NCBI GenBank assembly: GCA_041161565.1
Contig: JBEAUF010000156.1
Coordinates: 9,916-73,915 of the forward strand
Length of the DNA: 64,000 nucleotides
Direction of reading: 5' to 3'
DNA from: Planctomycetota bacterium
GTDB taxonomy: Bacteria > Planctomycetota > Planctomycetia > Planctomycetales > Planctomycetaceae
Shown here one piece after another: positions 29,091 to 40,946 of the stretch (positions within the stretch are counted from its first letter, which is position 1; every line of letters begins with the position of its first letter). The position numbers and the translations under genes were made by a program. A model generated the notes under the pieces. That model had not been told where the DNA came from. It saw only the letters and a program-made list of their open reading frames with translations, and searched no databases.

Positions 29091-30098
29091 ATGCCCCGTA
29101 TATCCCATGTCCCTGCATCCGGACTTCCAAACACCTTCGCCGCTCTTCTCACCTGCACATCGGCCCTCGTAATCTTTTCCTGTTTCGATCCCGCTCCTGC
29201 AGGAGAGGATCTGGCGCTGGCAACTGCCAACACACCATCGACGGCTGGCAGCGGGGAAATGGATGTTCCTGTTCCCCCGGAAGCCCGGCACCTCGTGGCT
29301 CAGCCCGCAGATGCATCAACCCCGAAGCAGATCATCCCGGAAATCAACACCGATCCACAGCCGACCTTCACCGGAGACATCGGTGACGAACACCGCACAT
29401 TCTTCCTTCTGATGCTCCAGGACGGCGTGCGGTTCCTCGAAAATACCCGCGAATACTCAACCATGTTCCACAAACAGGAGCGGCTGCAGGGAGACCTCAC
29501 TGAAGTCCAGCAAATTGAAATGAAAGTACGGCACAGCCCCCATTTCAGTGTTTACATGAAGTGGAAGAACGGAGACGCCGGGCGACAGGCTCTCTACAGC
29601 GAGGCTTACGAAGACAGAAAAGTCTCCGTCAAACTTGGTGGTTTTCGTGGCCGCCTTCTGCCCGCCATCAAACTGAACCCGGCCGGTGATGAAGCCATGG
29701 CCGAAGCCCGTCACCCGATCACGGAGGCCGGTCTGCTCTTTCTTGCCAAACGATTGATCAACGACCGACGCTCTGAACTCACCAGGAACATACCCGTTCG
29801 ATGCTCGCGGCTGCAAAACACCACCGTCGATGAACGCCCCTGCTACCAGTTCCAGTTTGAATTCCCCAACGTCGACGTAAATCCCGAATACCGGAAGTCC
29901 ATCGTCGCGATCGACTCCCAGTACCACATCCCGCTGCTCGTGCAGAACTGGACATGGTCTTCGGACGCCGCGATTATCCCGGACTCGGAACTCGACGAGC
30001 AAACCCTTGTTGAAAGCTACTCCTTCTCAGGGCTCAATTTCGGAGTCAACTATGCTGATCTGGACTTCAGCAGAGACAATCCGAAGTACCGCATGTAG
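29091..30098 (+). CDS. DUF1571-like (LolA-fold-like) exported protein
   Basis: 335 aa with an N-terminal hydrophobic segment ALLTCTSALVIFSC. The block YSTMFHKQERLQGDLTEVQQIEMKVRHSPHFSVYMKWKNGDAGRQALY resembles the DUF1571 signature as I remember it. The family assignment is unverified. Confidence 0.65.
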   Translation: MPRISHVPASGLPNTFAALLTCTSALVIFSCFDPAPAGEDLALATANTPSTAGSGEMDVPVPPEARHLVAQPADASTPKQIIPEINTDPQPTFTGDIGDEHRTFFLLMLQDGVRFLENTREYSTMFHKQERLQGDLTEVQQIEMKVRHSPHFSVYMKWKNGDAGRQALYSEAYEDRKVSVKLGGFRGRLLPAIKLNPAGDEAMAEARHPITEAGLLFLAKRLINDRRSELTRNIPVRCSRLQNTTVDERPCYQFQFEFPNVDVNPEYRKSIVAIDSQYHIPLLVQNWTWSSDAAIIPDSELDEQTLVESYSFSGLNFGVNYADLDFSRDNPKYRM

Positions 30099-30101
30099 CC
30101 C

Positions 30102-30998
30102 TCAGGCCACGCGACGAACCCGCGGCTGACTGCCATAGATTTCAAGCGCCCCGGCCAGCCGCGCCGCATACTCACCTCCAACCCTGCCAGCCATACCACC
30201 GGCGAGCCGCGCAAGAAAACGCGGCACTCCGATACCGAGCGGCGCTCGAACCTCGATCCGCTGCCCAATCGGTCGCTCTTCAAACCCCATGCACCGCTTG
30301 AATGTCTCGAGCGATGACATCTGTGGCTGCAGCGACTGAAGCCCAATACAGACTTCGGTCGTATCCGTACGCTGCAGGGCCTGTTGCAGGAACGTAAACA
30401 GCATCGCGTTGTTTGGACGGTGCCTGAGCAGCTCAGCACGAGATCTGACGATGCAGATGTTCTCCACTGTACCGATCCGGAACGATATCAGGAACGAAGC
30501 CAGCCGTCCCTCATACCGGCAGGTCCAGACCGTGGCCGCAGGACATTCAGCAAGAGCTTCGAAATATCGCCGCCAGTAATCTTCGTAGCCCCTTGCCAGA
30601 CGCCGACCCTGACGAATCAGTGTCTCCGCGTGCAACTCGATCCCCTCACCCGCAATCTCTCGCGCGTCGGCAGCACCACATACGCACTTCTCCAGACCCT
30701 GACGTGTCTGATTGCGAGCCTTTGACTCGAGCGACGCAAAACCATAGTCGCCGCCCGATACCACATGACGAAAACCCGCTGCGCCATCGTCCACCCTGCA
30801 GCAGTAACGCACCAGCCCCCCGCGATCCCCTTCCAGAATCCGCGACAGGTCAATCTCCGACGGCGACAGCTGAGTCTCCAGCGGGAAACAAATCCACGCG
30901 TGTGAAAACACGTTGTACCAGTACACACCGTGGGCCTCTCGAACGGTGTGCCCCAGTCTCTCCAGAAACTCCGCGTAAACCTGCGGTTCCATGTTCAT
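30102..30998 (-). CDS. GNAT-fold acyltransferase, FemAB/BioF2-like (Acetyltransf_6-type)
   Basis: The ATG at 30998 gives 298 aa starting MNMEPQVYAEF. The C-terminal half (ATVWTCRYEGRLASFLISFRIGTVENICIVRSRAELLRHRPNNAMLFTFL) looks like a FemAB-type GNAT. The longer track start at 31088 overlaps the upstream gene by 41 nt. Confidence 0.65.
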   Translation of the reverse strand: MNMEPQVYAEFLERLGHTVREAHGVYWYNVFSHAWICFPLETQLSPSEIDLSRILEGDRGGLVRYCCRVDDGAAGFRHVVSGGDYGFASLESKARNQTRQGLEKCVCGAADAREIAGEGIELHAETLIRQGRRLARGYEDYWRRYFEALAECPAATVWTCRYEGRLASFLISFRIGTVENICIVRSRAELLRHRPNNAMLFTFLQQALQRTDTTEVCIGLQSLQPQMSSLETFKRCMGFEERPIGQRIEVRAPLGIGVPRFLARLAGGMAGRVGGEYAARLAGALEIYGSQPRVRRVA

Positions 30999-31047
30999 CC
31001 CCCCCGCACGCACAAACGTGACAACACGCCCTCGGCTTCTCACTTCG

Positions 31048-32016
31048 TCACGCGGCAAAGGACTGCGACGAGGCTCGCGGTGTCGCACTCTCCCGCATCA
31101 CTGCACACGCCGGCTTACGAAAAATGCACAGTTCCTTGGAACAAAAATTCAGCCGACCACCAGTCAGTCGGTACAACGCAGCCGCACCAGCATCCCAGAT
31201 GCTGCGAAACAATTGACGCGATGGACGATCACTCCGAGGCATACTCTCCGGGTAAGACGCCACCAGCTCAAAACCACACAAACCAGCCAGACGTGAAAGC
31301 GTCTCACGCGTGTAATAGAAGTAGTTCACCCCGGCGTTCAGCCGCAATGGACGCCCCGTCAGCAACTGGCAGATCAACCCGGATCCGAACAGCATCCGAA
31401 ATCGATGGCCAGGAATCTCAATCGCCAGCACACCGCCCGGTGCCAGCACCCGGAAAAACTCCTGCATGTCCTCACGTGGATTCCTGTGACAAATAAATGC
31501 GTCCATCGAACACACGACGTCAAACGCACCGTCAGGAAATCCCTGATCCGCCAAAAAACCCTGATGCACCGTCACACCAAACTTCTCACGTGCATAGGCC
31601 GCCGCCACCCGCGATGGCTCAACACCTGCAACCTCCCACGCCGGATCCCCCTTGAACTGTTTCAGAAAAAAGCCAGCCGCAGTCCCTACGTCCAGCAGTT
31701 GCCCGCCTGCCGGCGCGTGCCTGCGAATCCGAGCAGCACTACGCGTCAGGCTTTTTCCCCGCGAGTCAACGTACGTCACCTCGGCAGACTTGTCGTCCGC
31801 AACGTACTCCTCACTAAAAAATCTCTGCGTCTCGCTGGGGTCCGGACACTCCGAGACATACACGAGACCACAACCTTTGCAGGTCACCACCGGCAGTTGT
31901 CCGCAAATCCCCACCGGCTCAACGGGTGCCGGGCCACAAATTGGACAAATGACCCGGGTTACGCCGTCTCCCAGTGAGCTGACGCGGACGGCCGCCTTGG
32001 CTGACGACTTCTGCAT
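31048..32016 (-). CDS. class I SAM-dependent methyltransferase with N-terminal zinc ribbon
   Basis: 322 aa. CPICG...CKGCG is a four-Cys ribbon. Motif I is LLDVGTAAGFF and the post-I/II region is DVVCSMDAFICH...LAPGGVLAIEIP. Confidence 0.85.
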   Translation of the reverse strand: MQKSSAKAAVRVSSLGDGVTRVICPICGPAPVEPVGICGQLPVVTCKGCGLVYVSECPDPSETQRFFSEEYVADDKSAEVTYVDSRGKSLTRSAARIRRHAPAGGQLLDVGTAAGFFLKQFKGDPAWEVAGVEPSRVAAAYAREKFGVTVHQGFLADQGFPDGAFDVVCSMDAFICHRNPREDMQEFFRVLAPGGVLAIEIPGHRFRMLFGSGLICQLLTGRPLRLNAGVNYFYYTRETLSRLAGLCGFELVASYPESMPRSDRPSRQLFRSIWDAGAAALYRLTGGRLNFCSKELCIFRKPACAVMRESATPRASSQSFAA

Positions 32017-32244
32017 GAGAAATCCCTTCCTCCTCAGGTGTTCGATCCACTAAACACCCTGCGCTTGCAAAAATTGCTGTTCAAGCAAAAACTGTACGGA
32101 ATTCGCCGGAGCCCTGCAAGGGGGAACTGCAGCGTTGCCGTCGTCGTTTGCTTTTCCCCGCCAGATCGGTTTTGATTAGCAGCGACGGCTTCGCAAATCG
32201 CAACAGGATTGCCGCACCAGCCTAACCACACAGGGAGCAAAAGT

Positions 32245-33345
32245 ATGCACGGGTATCTTCTGATGTCTGCCGCAATTCTGACAGGGCTTGCCATGCCAGC
32301 CCCCACCTTCGCGGCCGATGTGAATGGCCTGAAACCAGGGACTCCCGACCTGCAGTCCGCAACGACACTCGCCTTTGGGCCTGCAGATATTCTCTTCGTC
32401 GGCGACGCTAAGTCCGCGGCCGTCTTCGCAATCTCCACCGGAAACACAGAGGGCAATCCGGCAGCATCGTCAATCAATATCGATGACCTACCGCAGGTTC
32501 TCAGTGCTGCACTGACAGCAAAAACGGTCGCCGTTAACGATGTCGCCGTAAATCCCCGCACAGGAACTGCATTCGTTGCGTTAACCGCCGATGAAAAGCC
32601 GGCCATCGTGCAGATTGACGGTGCCGGCAAGGTCGCCCCGCTCTCACTGCAAAATGTCAGGTTCTCAAAAGTCGTCCTTGCTGATGCCCCGGAGGACAAG
32701 GTTGTTGGAGAGGGCCGCCGAGCTGGGAATCGACGGACAGAGTCCATCACGGACATCGCCTTTTTCGAAAACAAACTGCTCGTCTCAGGACTCAGCAATT
32801 CCCAATCCCCCTCCACCCTGCGGGAAATCAGTTTTCCCTTTGCGGAAGCGGATAAGGGCGTGGCTGTCGAGATCTACCATGCCGCTCACGGCAAAAGCGA
32901 AGACTACGCGGCCATGCGGACCTTTGTTCCCCTGATGATTGATGGCGAACCTGTCGTACTTGGCGCCTACGTCTGCACTCCGCTGGTGAAAATTCCCGTC
33001 AAACAACTGGAAACAGCCGGTGACCGAATCAAGGCGGATACCGTCGCTGAACTGGGCAATCGCAATCGACCACTGGATATGATTTCCTATGCAAAGGACG
33101 GATCTGCATGGCTGCTGCTCAGCAACAGTGCCCGCGGCGTGATGAAGATCAGCACTGCAGGACTCCGGGATGCCAAAGCTCTCACGGAACCCGTTGCCGG
33201 TGGTGGCACCGCCGGGCAGAAGTTCGAGACTGTCGCATCGCTGTCGGGAGTGGTGCAAATGGATAAACTCAATGAGACGTCTGCTCTCGTGCTTCTGCAG
33301 ATCGAAGGCCAGCCACTTCACCTCCGCACCGTGCCGCTGCCATAA
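32245..33345 (+). CDS. secreted hypothetical protein
   Basis: The ATG at 32245 has GGGAG 7 nt upstream. The signal peptide is MHGYLLMSAAILTGLAMPAPTFA. The composition is beta-rich and no domain is recognised. Confidence 0.7.
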   Translation: MHGYLLMSAAILTGLAMPAPTFAADVNGLKPGTPDLQSATTLAFGPADILFVGDAKSAAVFAISTGNTEGNPAASSINIDDLPQVLSAALTAKTVAVNDVAVNPRTGTAFVALTADEKPAIVQIDGAGKVAPLSLQNVRFSKVVLADAPEDKVVGEGRRAGNRRTESITDIAFFENKLLVSGLSNSQSPSTLREISFPFAEADKGVAVEIYHAAHGKSEDYAAMRTFVPLMIDGEPVVLGAYVCTPLVKIPVKQLETAGDRIKADTVAELGNRNRPLDMISYAKDGSAWLLLSNSARGVMKISTAGLRDAKALTEPVAGGGTAGQKFETVASLSGVVQMDKLNETSALVLLQIEGQPLHLRTVPLP

Positions 33346-33441
33346 TTTCCGGACTCGGCAGTTCCATCCGGATGTCCGCAGCGCGCTCCGCTGCGGACGC
33401 AGCACCAACTTCCTCGCCCCCGCTTTTGAACGGCTGCTCCA

Positions 33442-36400
33442 ATGACCTGTGCGTTTCGGCGTTCGCTGGCCATCCTGACACTGCTTGCCTCATTCCCGGT
33501 TTACGCCCCACCCTCAGCGATAGCCCAGCCCCCGGCCAAAAAGGACATCCCTGCGCCGGACCCCGCACTCGAACAGGCGACATTCCGCGTTCCCGAAGGT
33601 TTCGAGGTCCAGCTGTACGCAGCAGACCCGGCAATCGCCAAACCCATCCAAATGAACTTTGATGAAGACGGTCGGTTGTGGATCGCCAGCAGCGAAGTCT
33701 ACCCACAGATCGTCCCCGGTGCCCCGGCCACAGATCGTATCCTCGTGGTGGAGGATACTGATCACAACGGCGTTGCCGATCGCACGCACGTCTTCGCCGA
33801 AGGTCTCCTCATTCCCACCGGCGTCGCTCCCGGCGACGGTGGAGCATGGGTCGCGAACAGCACCGAACTTGTCCATTTCGCCGACACCGACGGAGACCTG
33901 AAAGCGGATTCCAAACGAGTCGTTCTCTCAGGTTTCGGCACCGAAGACACCCACCACATTCTGCACACTCTGCGCTGGGGCTACGATGGCTACCTGTACT
34001 TCAATCAGTCAATCTACATCCATAGCCACGTTGAAACTCCCTGGGGCGTCCGACGACTGAACGCCGGCGGCATCTGGCAGTTCCGCCCCGATACGCTCGA
34101 ACTAGGAGTGTTCCTCCGGGGGCTTGTCAACACCTGGGGCCACCACTACGACCGCTGGGGCCAGTCCTTTGCTACCGACGGAGCAGGGGGCGAGGGCATC
34201 AACTACGTCATCCCCGGTGCTTATTACTTCACCGCCGCCGATGCCGAACGAATCGTCCGTGGCCTGAACCCCGGCAGTCCAAAACACTGCGGCCTCGAAC
34301 TGGTCGATACACCCATGCTCCCCCCTGACTGGCAGGGCAATGCCATCACCAACGATTTTCGCGGGCACCGAGTCGTCCGGTTCGTACTCACGGAAGAAGC
34401 CTCCGGATATGTCTCCCGCGAACAACAGGAAGTCATCTGGTCCAATCATGTCGCCTTTCGCCCCATCGACGTGAAGATCGGCCCGGACGGAGCAATCTAC
34501 GTGGCAGACTGGTACAACCCCATCATCCAGCACGGCGAAGTGGACTTTCGGGACGAACGCCGCGACCGCACACACGGACGCATCTGGCGTGTCACCTGGA
34601 AGGGAGCTCCCAAACGCGAATATCGCCGGATGAGCGACCGCAGTACGGAGCAGCTCTTCGAAAGCCTGCGTTCAGCTGACGGCGTTGAACGCCAGTCAGC
34701 CAAACAGCTGCTGCGGCAACGCGGACCTGAAATCGCCACAGACCTCACAAACTGGCTCAACCAGACACAACTCTCAGCAGAGGAGCGTGAACGCGTGCAG
34801 CTGGAAGCTCTGTGGTGCTACCAGACGGCTCGCTCGGTCCAGCCGGAACTGCTCAACACTCTCCTCAACAGCAGCGATGGACGAATCCGCGCCGCTGCCG
34901 TCCGAGTACTCAGCCACTGGAAATTCTTCATCCCCAACTCACTCGAACTGCTCACGCGAGCAGTCCAGGACGCACACCCCCGCGTCAGGCTCGAAGCCAT
35001 TCGCGCACTGTCCTTCTCACCACTTCAGGATTCCGAGCAGCAGATCGCAGACGGGTCCGCCTTTCCTGAGGAATCCCAGCCAACAACCAAATCCATCGTC
35101 GATCGTTATCACCACCCACGGCTGATTGAAACAGCACTGCTGCCCCTTCGACAACCGCTCGATTCCAACCTCGATTACGCCCTCTGGCTCACCACGAAGG
35201 AACTGGCCTCTCGCTGGCGCCCCGCCTTTGAGAAAGGTGAGATGAATTTTTCCGGTGACGCTGAGCAGGTGGCTTTTGCTTTCGCCGCCGTGGGGGCCGG
35301 AGCTCCCGTGGACCTCTTGATGAAGGATCTCTACAGCCCAAATATTCCCGAATCCCGCAGAGCACGGCTGGTCCAGCTGATCAGTGCCAGCGCTAACCCC
35401 GAACAACTCGGAAGACTCGCCGCCGCTGCCCTCTCCGCAAAGGATTCAGCCACCCTCCAGACGCTGCTTGCCACTTCCGCAACACGTAAAGTCGTCCCTC
35501 CCATCGAATCCACCACGCTTCAGCCACTGCTGAAGGACGAAGATCCCATCCTGCGGCGGCTGGCACTCCAGATCATCGGCCAATGGAAAATCGCGGCTCT
35601 CAATCAGGATCTCACGTCCGTCACTGCCGACCCGGCAGCGAACTCCGGCGATCTTGCCGCTGCAGTAGCCGGAATCGTTGCCGGTCGCGACGATCGCCTG
35701 CTCGACCAACTCAGGCTGATCGCCGATACAGACAGCACACCAATCGAACGTCGCCTGCTGATCCTCGACGCACTCGCTGCTGTCCGCCCGGCTCAGTCGG
35801 CCCCGCAGATCGCAGCAATTCTGGAATTGTCCGCCGACCCCAAAGCTGCCGCTGCCGTCAAAACCCTGATCAGTGGCCGCAATGGCCCGGAACTGCTCGC
35901 CAGCGCTCTGCAGAACCGCCGCCTTGAAACGGCAGTCGCCCTCGAGGTATTGAGGGTGCTGAGAGAGAGTGGTCGCTCCGACGCAACCCTCGAGGCCACC
36001 CTCAGAACAGTCGGCAGCATCCCCGCCAGAAAATCACTGTCCCCGGAAGCCCGCGCCGCAATTCTGACCAAAGCCGCCACCAGTGCCAACGCCGCAACTG
36101 GAGAAGCAGTCTTTCGCAGTCCACAGCTCGGTTGCCTCAAATGCCACGCCATTGGCGCCGCAGGTGGGCTGGTAGGCCCGGACATGATCAGCCTCGGAGC
36201 CAGTGCTCAACCAGACTACCTTCTTGAATCACTCCTCAATCCCAACGCCAAAGTCAAGGAAAATTATCACACCACGGTGATTGCAACCACAAGCGGCCAG
36301 GTGATTGCAGGTGTGCAGATTCAAAAATCTGATAAGTCCGTGACCCTCAGAACCGCAGAAAACCAGGTGGTAGTGGTGCCTGCCGCCGATATCGAAGAGT

Positions 36401-36963
36401 CAGGGCAGGGTGTCTCACTAATGCCCGAAGGACTCGTTGATGCACTCACCGACGACGACCTCGCAGCACTCGTCCGCTTCCTCTCAGAACTTGGTCGCAC
36501 TCCCGAATATACCCTTTCCAAACTCAGATTGGTTCGTTCCTGGCAGGTTCTGCAGCCGACTCCCGAAGGCCTTCAGAAAATCAGCAGGACCAGCTTCAGT
36601 GCTGCCGCCACCGGCGATCCGGCATTTACCTTCACACCCCAGTACAGCCTCGTCTCGGGAGCTCTTCCACTCGCTGAAGTACCGGTCCTGAGACTGCGCG
36701 AACAGTCGGTGAGCTTCGTACAGACGCGAATTCAGGTCACAACTCCCGGAAAGATCGGCTTCCGTGTCGATCGCCCGGACGGGCTCGAAATTCGCATCGA
36801 CGGAGTCCCCATGCCGGCGGATGCTGAGTTCTCTGCAGAACTTGCGGCTGGCAATCACGTGCTCACAGTCACCATCGACCGCTCAAAACGCTCTGATACA
36901 CTCAACCTGCAGTTGACCGACGAAACTGGAGCCGGGATCGGAAATGCGGAAGCCCTGAACTGA
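33442..36963 (+). CDS. PVC-type heme-binding CxxCH protein (membrane-bound-dehydrogenase domain, HEAT repeats, cytochrome c domain)
   Basis: 1173 aa with a signal peptide. The N-terminal propeller-like dehydrogenase region is [12 protein letters not shown]...[18 protein letters not shown]. The centre is HEAT-like. A single CLKCH haem site sits in [19 protein letters not shown]. Confidence 0.9.
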   Translation: MTCAFRRSLAILTLLASFPVYAPPSAIAQPPAKKDIPAPDPALEQATFRVPEGFEVQLYAADPAIAKPIQMNFDEDGRLWIASSEVYPQIVPGAPATDRILVVEDTDHNGVADRTHVFAEGLLIPTGVAPGDGGAWVANSTELVHFADTDGDLKADSKRVVLSGFGTEDTHHILHTLRWGYDGYLYFNQSIYIHSHVETPWGVRRLNAGGIWQFRPDTLELGVFLRGLVNTWGHHYDRWGQSFATDGAGGEGINYVIPGAYYFTAADAERIVRGLNPGSPKHCGLELVDTPMLPPDWQGNAITNDFRGHRVVRFVLTEEASGYVSREQQEVIWSNHVAFRPIDVKIGPDGAIYVADWYNPIIQHGEVDFRDERRDRTHGRIWRVTWKGAPKREYRRMSDRSTEQLFESLRSADGVERQSAKQLLRQRGPEIATDLTNWLNQTQLSAEERERVQLEALWCYQTARSVQPELLNTLLNSSDGRIRAAAVRVLSHWKFFIPNSLELLTRAVQDAHPRVRLEAIRALSFSPLQDSEQQIADGSAFPEESQPTTKSIVDRYHHPRLIETALLPLRQPLDSNLDYALWLTTKELASRWRPAFEKGEMNFSGDAEQVAFAFAAVGAGAPVDLLMKDLYSPNIPESRRARLVQLISASANPEQLGRLAAAALSAKDSATLQTLLATSATRKVVPPIESTTLQPLLKDEDPILRRLALQIIGQWKIAALNQDLTSVTADPAANSGDLAAAVAGIVAGRDDRLLDQLRLIADTDSTPIERRLLILDALAAVRPAQSAPQIAAILELSADPKAAAAVKTLISGRNGPELLASALQNRRLETAVALEVLRVLRESGRSDATLEATLRTVGSIPARKSLSPEARAAILTKAATSANAATGEAVFRSPQLGCLKCHAIGAAGGLVGPDMISLGASAQPDYLLESLLNPNAKVKENYHTTVIATTSGQVIAGVQIQKSDKSVTLRTAENQVVVVPAADIEESGQGVSLMPEGLVDALTDDDLAALVRFLSELGRTPEYTLSKLRLVRSWQVLQPTPEGLQKISRTSFSAAATGDPAFTFTPQYSLVSGALPLAEVPVLRLREQSVSFVQTRIQVTTPGKIGFRVDRPDGLEIRIDGVPMPADAEFSAELAAGNHVLTVTIDRSKRSDTLNLQLTDETGAGIGNAEALN

Positions 36964-36995
36964 AGATCAGCTACGGATTTCTGCGGAGTCAAAAT

Positions 36996-38459
36996 ATGCA
37001 TCCGATCGTTGATTGGCAACAACTGCAACTGCGCCGCCACTTCCTCTCCAGTGGCCTGCGTCTGGGGGGCGTTGCCGCGGCACTGCTTGCTTCTCACGAA
37101 TCAACAGCTGCCAGCCCGGTTGCCGCACGCGTACATCCGCCGCTCGCGGGCCTGCCACACTTCGCTCCGCGCGCGAAAGCTGTCATCTATCTGCACATGA
37201 ATGGAGGGCCATCGCAGCTGGACCTCTGGGATCACAAACCAGCACTCCAGCAGCATTTCAACGCCGACCTCCCGGACTCCATTCGCAATGGACAACGCAT
37301 CACCACCATGACCAGCGGTCAGTCCAGGCTGCCCGTGGCGCCATCCATGTTCAAATTCTCGCAACATGGTAACAGCGGTATGTGGGTCAGCGAACTTTTG
37401 CCCCATACCTCGCGCTGCGTGGACGACATCGCACTTGTCCGCAGCGTGTTCACCAACGCCATTAACCACGACCCAGCCTGCACGTTTGTGACTACCGGCA
37501 GCGAAGTACCAGGAAAACCCAGCCTCGGATCGTGGCTTGCTTATGGTCTCGGCAGTGAGAGCAACAACCTGCCGGCCTTCGTCGTACTGACCCCGCGCTG
37601 GTCCTCAAGGAACGCAGCTCAGGCACTCTTTTCCCGCATGTGGAGCAGTGGATTTCTGCCCTCCAGATACACCGGAGTTGCTCTCCGCAGCGTCGGCGAC
37701 CCAGTGCTTTACATAGACAACCCGCAGGGCGTGGCCCCCGCCAGTCGCCGCATGATGCTCGATTCGCTCGCTGCTCTTAACCAGAGAACCGCAGACCGCT
37801 TTAGTGACCCGGAAACACAAACTCGCATCGCCCAGTACGAAATGGCATGGCGTATGCAGAGCAGCGTTCCGGAGCTTGTGGATCTTTCCGGCGAGACTCG
37901 CGAAACACTCGAACTCTACGGACCGGAGGTGCAGAAACCAGGCTCGTTCGCCGCAAGCGCTCTGCTGGCACGCAGAATGGTGGAACGCGGAGTCCGCGCT
38001 GTACAAATTCTGCACCGCGGCTGGGACCAGCACGGCTCACTGCCCAGCGAGATCAGCTATCAGTGCAGCGACACGGACCAGCCTTGTGCTGCACTGCTGC
38101 AGGACCTTCGTCAGCGCGGACTGCTGGACAGCACCCTTGTTGTCTGGGGCGGCGAATTCGGACGCACGGTTTACTCGCAGGGCACCCTCACGCAGACCAA
38201 CTACGGTCGCGATCACCATCCTCGAAACTTCTGCATGTGGATGGCCGGTGGTGGTGTGCGTGGCGGAATCGTCTACGGGGCCACCGATGACTTCAGCTAC
38301 AACATCACCGAAAAACCCTGTCATGTCAACGATCTGAATGCCACGATTCTGCATTGTATGGGTATCGACCATGAACGCTTCTCAAAGCGTTTTCAGGGTC
38401 TTGATCAGCGGCTCACGGGCGTTGAGCCGCAGCGGGTTGTGGATGAAATACTGGCCTGA
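36996..38459 (+). CDS. DUF1501 domain protein (sulfatase-like fold, Tat-exported)
   Basis: 487 aa. The twin-arginine leader is [21 protein letters not shown]. The architecture and length are typical of the DUF1501 family that pairs with planctomycete cytochrome-domain proteins. Confidence 0.9.
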   Translation: MHPIVDWQQLQLRRHFLSSGLRLGGVAAALLASHESTAASPVAARVHPPLAGLPHFAPRAKAVIYLHMNGGPSQLDLWDHKPALQQHFNADLPDSIRNGQRITTMTSGQSRLPVAPSMFKFSQHGNSGMWVSELLPHTSRCVDDIALVRSVFTNAINHDPACTFVTTGSEVPGKPSLGSWLAYGLGSESNNLPAFVVLTPRWSSRNAAQALFSRMWSSGFLPSRYTGVALRSVGDPVLYIDNPQGVAPASRRMMLDSLAALNQRTADRFSDPETQTRIAQYEMAWRMQSSVPELVDLSGETRETLELYGPEVQKPGSFAASALLARRMVERGVRAVQILHRGWDQHGSLPSEISYQCSDTDQPCAALLQDLRQRGLLDSTLVVWGGEFGRTVYSQGTLTQTNYGRDHHPRNFCMWMAGGGVRGGIVYGATDDFSYNITEKPCHVNDLNATILHCMGIDHERFSKRFQGLDQRLTGVEPQRVVDEILA

Positions 38460-38479
38460 GGGACGGCCCGTCGGGCCGC

Positions 38480-40750
38480 GTGCGGTGCAGTTGGATGTGG
38501 CAGTCGCTCTTCGAACGCCATCGCGAGAAAATCGCAAAGCTTGGCTGGTGCCTCCTCCCGTTTGTCGGTCTGCTCGGCCTTTCTGCTCTCGGCACTGCCC
38601 GCAATGATGTGCGGGACTGGCTCCCGGAACGCTACGAACAAACTCAGGAATACCGCCGCTTCCAGACCGCCTTCGGGAACGACGAATTCATCGTGATCTC
38701 CTGGGAAGGTTGCACGCTTGATGACGAACGCGTTGATCGACTCAGCCGGATCCTCGCACCAACCGGGAGCAGCACCGACCTTGTGGAACGAATTTCCACG
38801 GGGCGGGAGGTTCTGCAACGCCTGACCGCCCCACCGCTGAAACTACCCCGCGAACAAGCCATCGACCGCCTCCAGGGAACGCTCGCAGGTCCCGACCGAC
38901 AACACACCTGCGCGATGGTCTGGCTCACACCCGCTGCTCGCGCCGACGTTCCTGCCAGCCTCCAGCGACTGCGTGCAGCCATTGAACAGGCCGGAGTCCC
39001 CTTCGAGGAAGTCCGCTGGGCCGGGGCCCCTGTGCTGAATCGGGCACTCGACGAAGCCAGCCTCAATGCCATGCTCAAAGCAATCGTACTAAGCTGCCTC
39101 GCGGCAGTGCTGATTGCATGGGCCGCACTTCGAGATGTTCGCATCACGGCGTTGGTACTGGTCACCGGCTTCTATGGTGCCACCATGAGCCTCGCAGTGC
39201 TCCCTTTGAGCGGAACCCCCATGAGTTCCCTGCTCATCACCATGATCCCAATGGTCTATACCGCTGCCATCTCCGGAGCCATCCACCTTTGTAATTATTA
39301 CCTCGAATCCCGACGGACCTGCGCCCCAGGAATGGCAGCCGCACGCGCCGTCCGCGGTGGCTGGCTTCCACTCGCACTGGCCGCGGGCACCACAGCCGCC
39401 GGACTGCTCACACTTTGCCTGAATGATCTGAAGCCTGTTCAGCAGTTTGGCTGGTTCTCGGCCATCGGAATCGGGCTCAGCTGGTGCCTTGTGGTCCTGT
39501 GGCTCCCCGCTGCTCTGGCTGGCATACGGCGTTTGCCTCAAAGCCCCGACACACCGGCAGGGCACCCCACTCCAATCGAAGATGCTCCGCTGCCCCGCAT
39601 CTGGGTCTGGGCAGGCATACAACTGGTCCGCTGCTCTGTCCCGGTCTGCCTCGGCTGCCTGTTCGCCGGTGTCTGGGCGGCCATCGGCGTGCCACGGCTG
39701 GAAATCACACTGAACCTGCTGAAGGAATTTCCAGATGGCGTCGAGGTTGTTGAGTCGGGCAGATGGCTGGAAGAAAAACTGGGAGCACTCACGTCACTGG
39801 AAGTGCTCATCGAAGTTCCCGCCAACTCCCCACTGAGCCCGCTGGAACGCCTGCAGCTTGTCAAACGCCTCGAAAGTCGACTGCTGACACACCCCGATGT
39901 CGCCGGGGCACTTTCCATCGCCGGGTTCGCGCCGGATCCCGGCAGCGGAGGGGCTTCATATCTGCAGCGATCTGAACTGAATCGTCGCCTGCAGCGACAG
40001 CGCGACCAGTTGCTGTCATCCGGCTTTCTTGCAGTAACTCCCTCCTCCGAGCTCTGGCGACTGAACCTGCGACTGAACCGCGCTGAACAACTTGACTACA
40101 ATCAACTCACAGCCGAAATTCGACAGGAGGCGGCGACGATCGTGGACACCGGTCGTGCCAGTGGTACTCGCGTCTGGAGCACTGGAATTGCGCCCTTGAT
40201 CTATCGCGCACGACGCTCCATGGTCGACGGCCTGATGCACGGACTCTGCACCGACGTACTCCTGATCGTCGCAGCTATCATCCCTGCGATGCGCAGTGGC
40301 TGGAACGGACTCCTGCTGTTTCTCACCAGCCTCTTCCCCACACTGCTTGTACTTGGAGGTCTGGGCTGGTTCCAGATCCCTATTAATGTCGGCGCCGTAC
40401 TGGCTCCCTGCGTAGCACTCGGTGTTACCGTTGATGATTCCATACACTTCGTAGTCTGGTTCCGCCGCGGAATTCGGGATGGCCTCAGCCGTGGCGAAGC
40501 TGTGCTGCTCGCCTGGCGAGCCTGCGTTCGACCTATCTACCAAAGCTGGCTCCTGCTGGGCCTCGGCATGCTCACCCAGGCCGTCAATGATTTCAGCTCC
40601 ATCCGACATTTTGGACTGATGATGACCGCCATGCTCACCGCCGGACTTGCTGGTAACCTGATTCTCCAGCCAGCACTGCTGGCAAGCCCGGCAGGCGAAT
40701 GGATCGCACGAGCATTTCGACGTGCCGCAGACAGCCAGTCTGCACCCTGA
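38480..40750 (+). CDS. MMPL/RND-superfamily transporter
   Basis: 756 aa (GTG 38480; an alternative ATG lies at 38495). There are two six-TM bundles. The N-terminal motif is shared with the 9671..12682 product. Confidence 0.85.
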   Translation: MRCSWMWQSLFERHREKIAKLGWCLLPFVGLLGLSALGTARNDVRDWLPERYEQTQEYRRFQTAFGNDEFIVISWEGCTLDDERVDRLSRILAPTGSSTDLVERISTGREVLQRLTAPPLKLPREQAIDRLQGTLAGPDRQHTCAMVWLTPAARADVPASLQRLRAAIEQAGVPFEEVRWAGAPVLNRALDEASLNAMLKAIVLSCLAAVLIAWAALRDVRITALVLVTGFYGATMSLAVLPLSGTPMSSLLITMIPMVYTAAISGAIHLCNYYLESRRTCAPGMAAARAVRGGWLPLALAAGTTAAGLLTLCLNDLKPVQQFGWFSAIGIGLSWCLVVLWLPAALAGIRRLPQSPDTPAGHPTPIEDAPLPRIWVWAGIQLVRCSVPVCLGCLFAGVWAAIGVPRLEITLNLLKEFPDGVEVVESGRWLEEKLGALTSLEVLIEVPANSPLSPLERLQLVKRLESRLLTHPDVAGALSIAGFAPDPGSGGASYLQRSELNRRLQRQRDQLLSSGFLAVTPSSELWRLNLRLNRAEQLDYNQLTAEIRQEAATIVDTGRASGTRVWSTGIAPLIYRARRSMVDGLMHGLCTDVLLIVAAIIPAMRSGWNGLLLFLTSLFPTLLVLGGLGWFQIPINVGAVLAPCVALGVTVDDSIHFVVWFRRGIRDGLSRGEAVLLAWRACVRPIYQSWLLLGLGMLTQAVNDFSSIRHFGLMMTAMLTAGLAGNLILQPALLASPAGEWIARAFRRAADSQSAP

Positions 40751-40946
40751 TCTGCCATCCAGGCAGAACCTTCGCATTTTTCGAACTGGCTCAGAATTCG
40801 CGGTGAAAAATCCTGCGACTGCTTCGCCTTTCCCCGCATGGCCCGGTAAACTCAGACCCGCAGCCACTTGCTCTGCCCACCCAGACGATTCGGCTGCCGT
40901 TAACCGTGCAGAATTCTGTTTGGTCATTGCAGCAAAAGGCAGGTCC

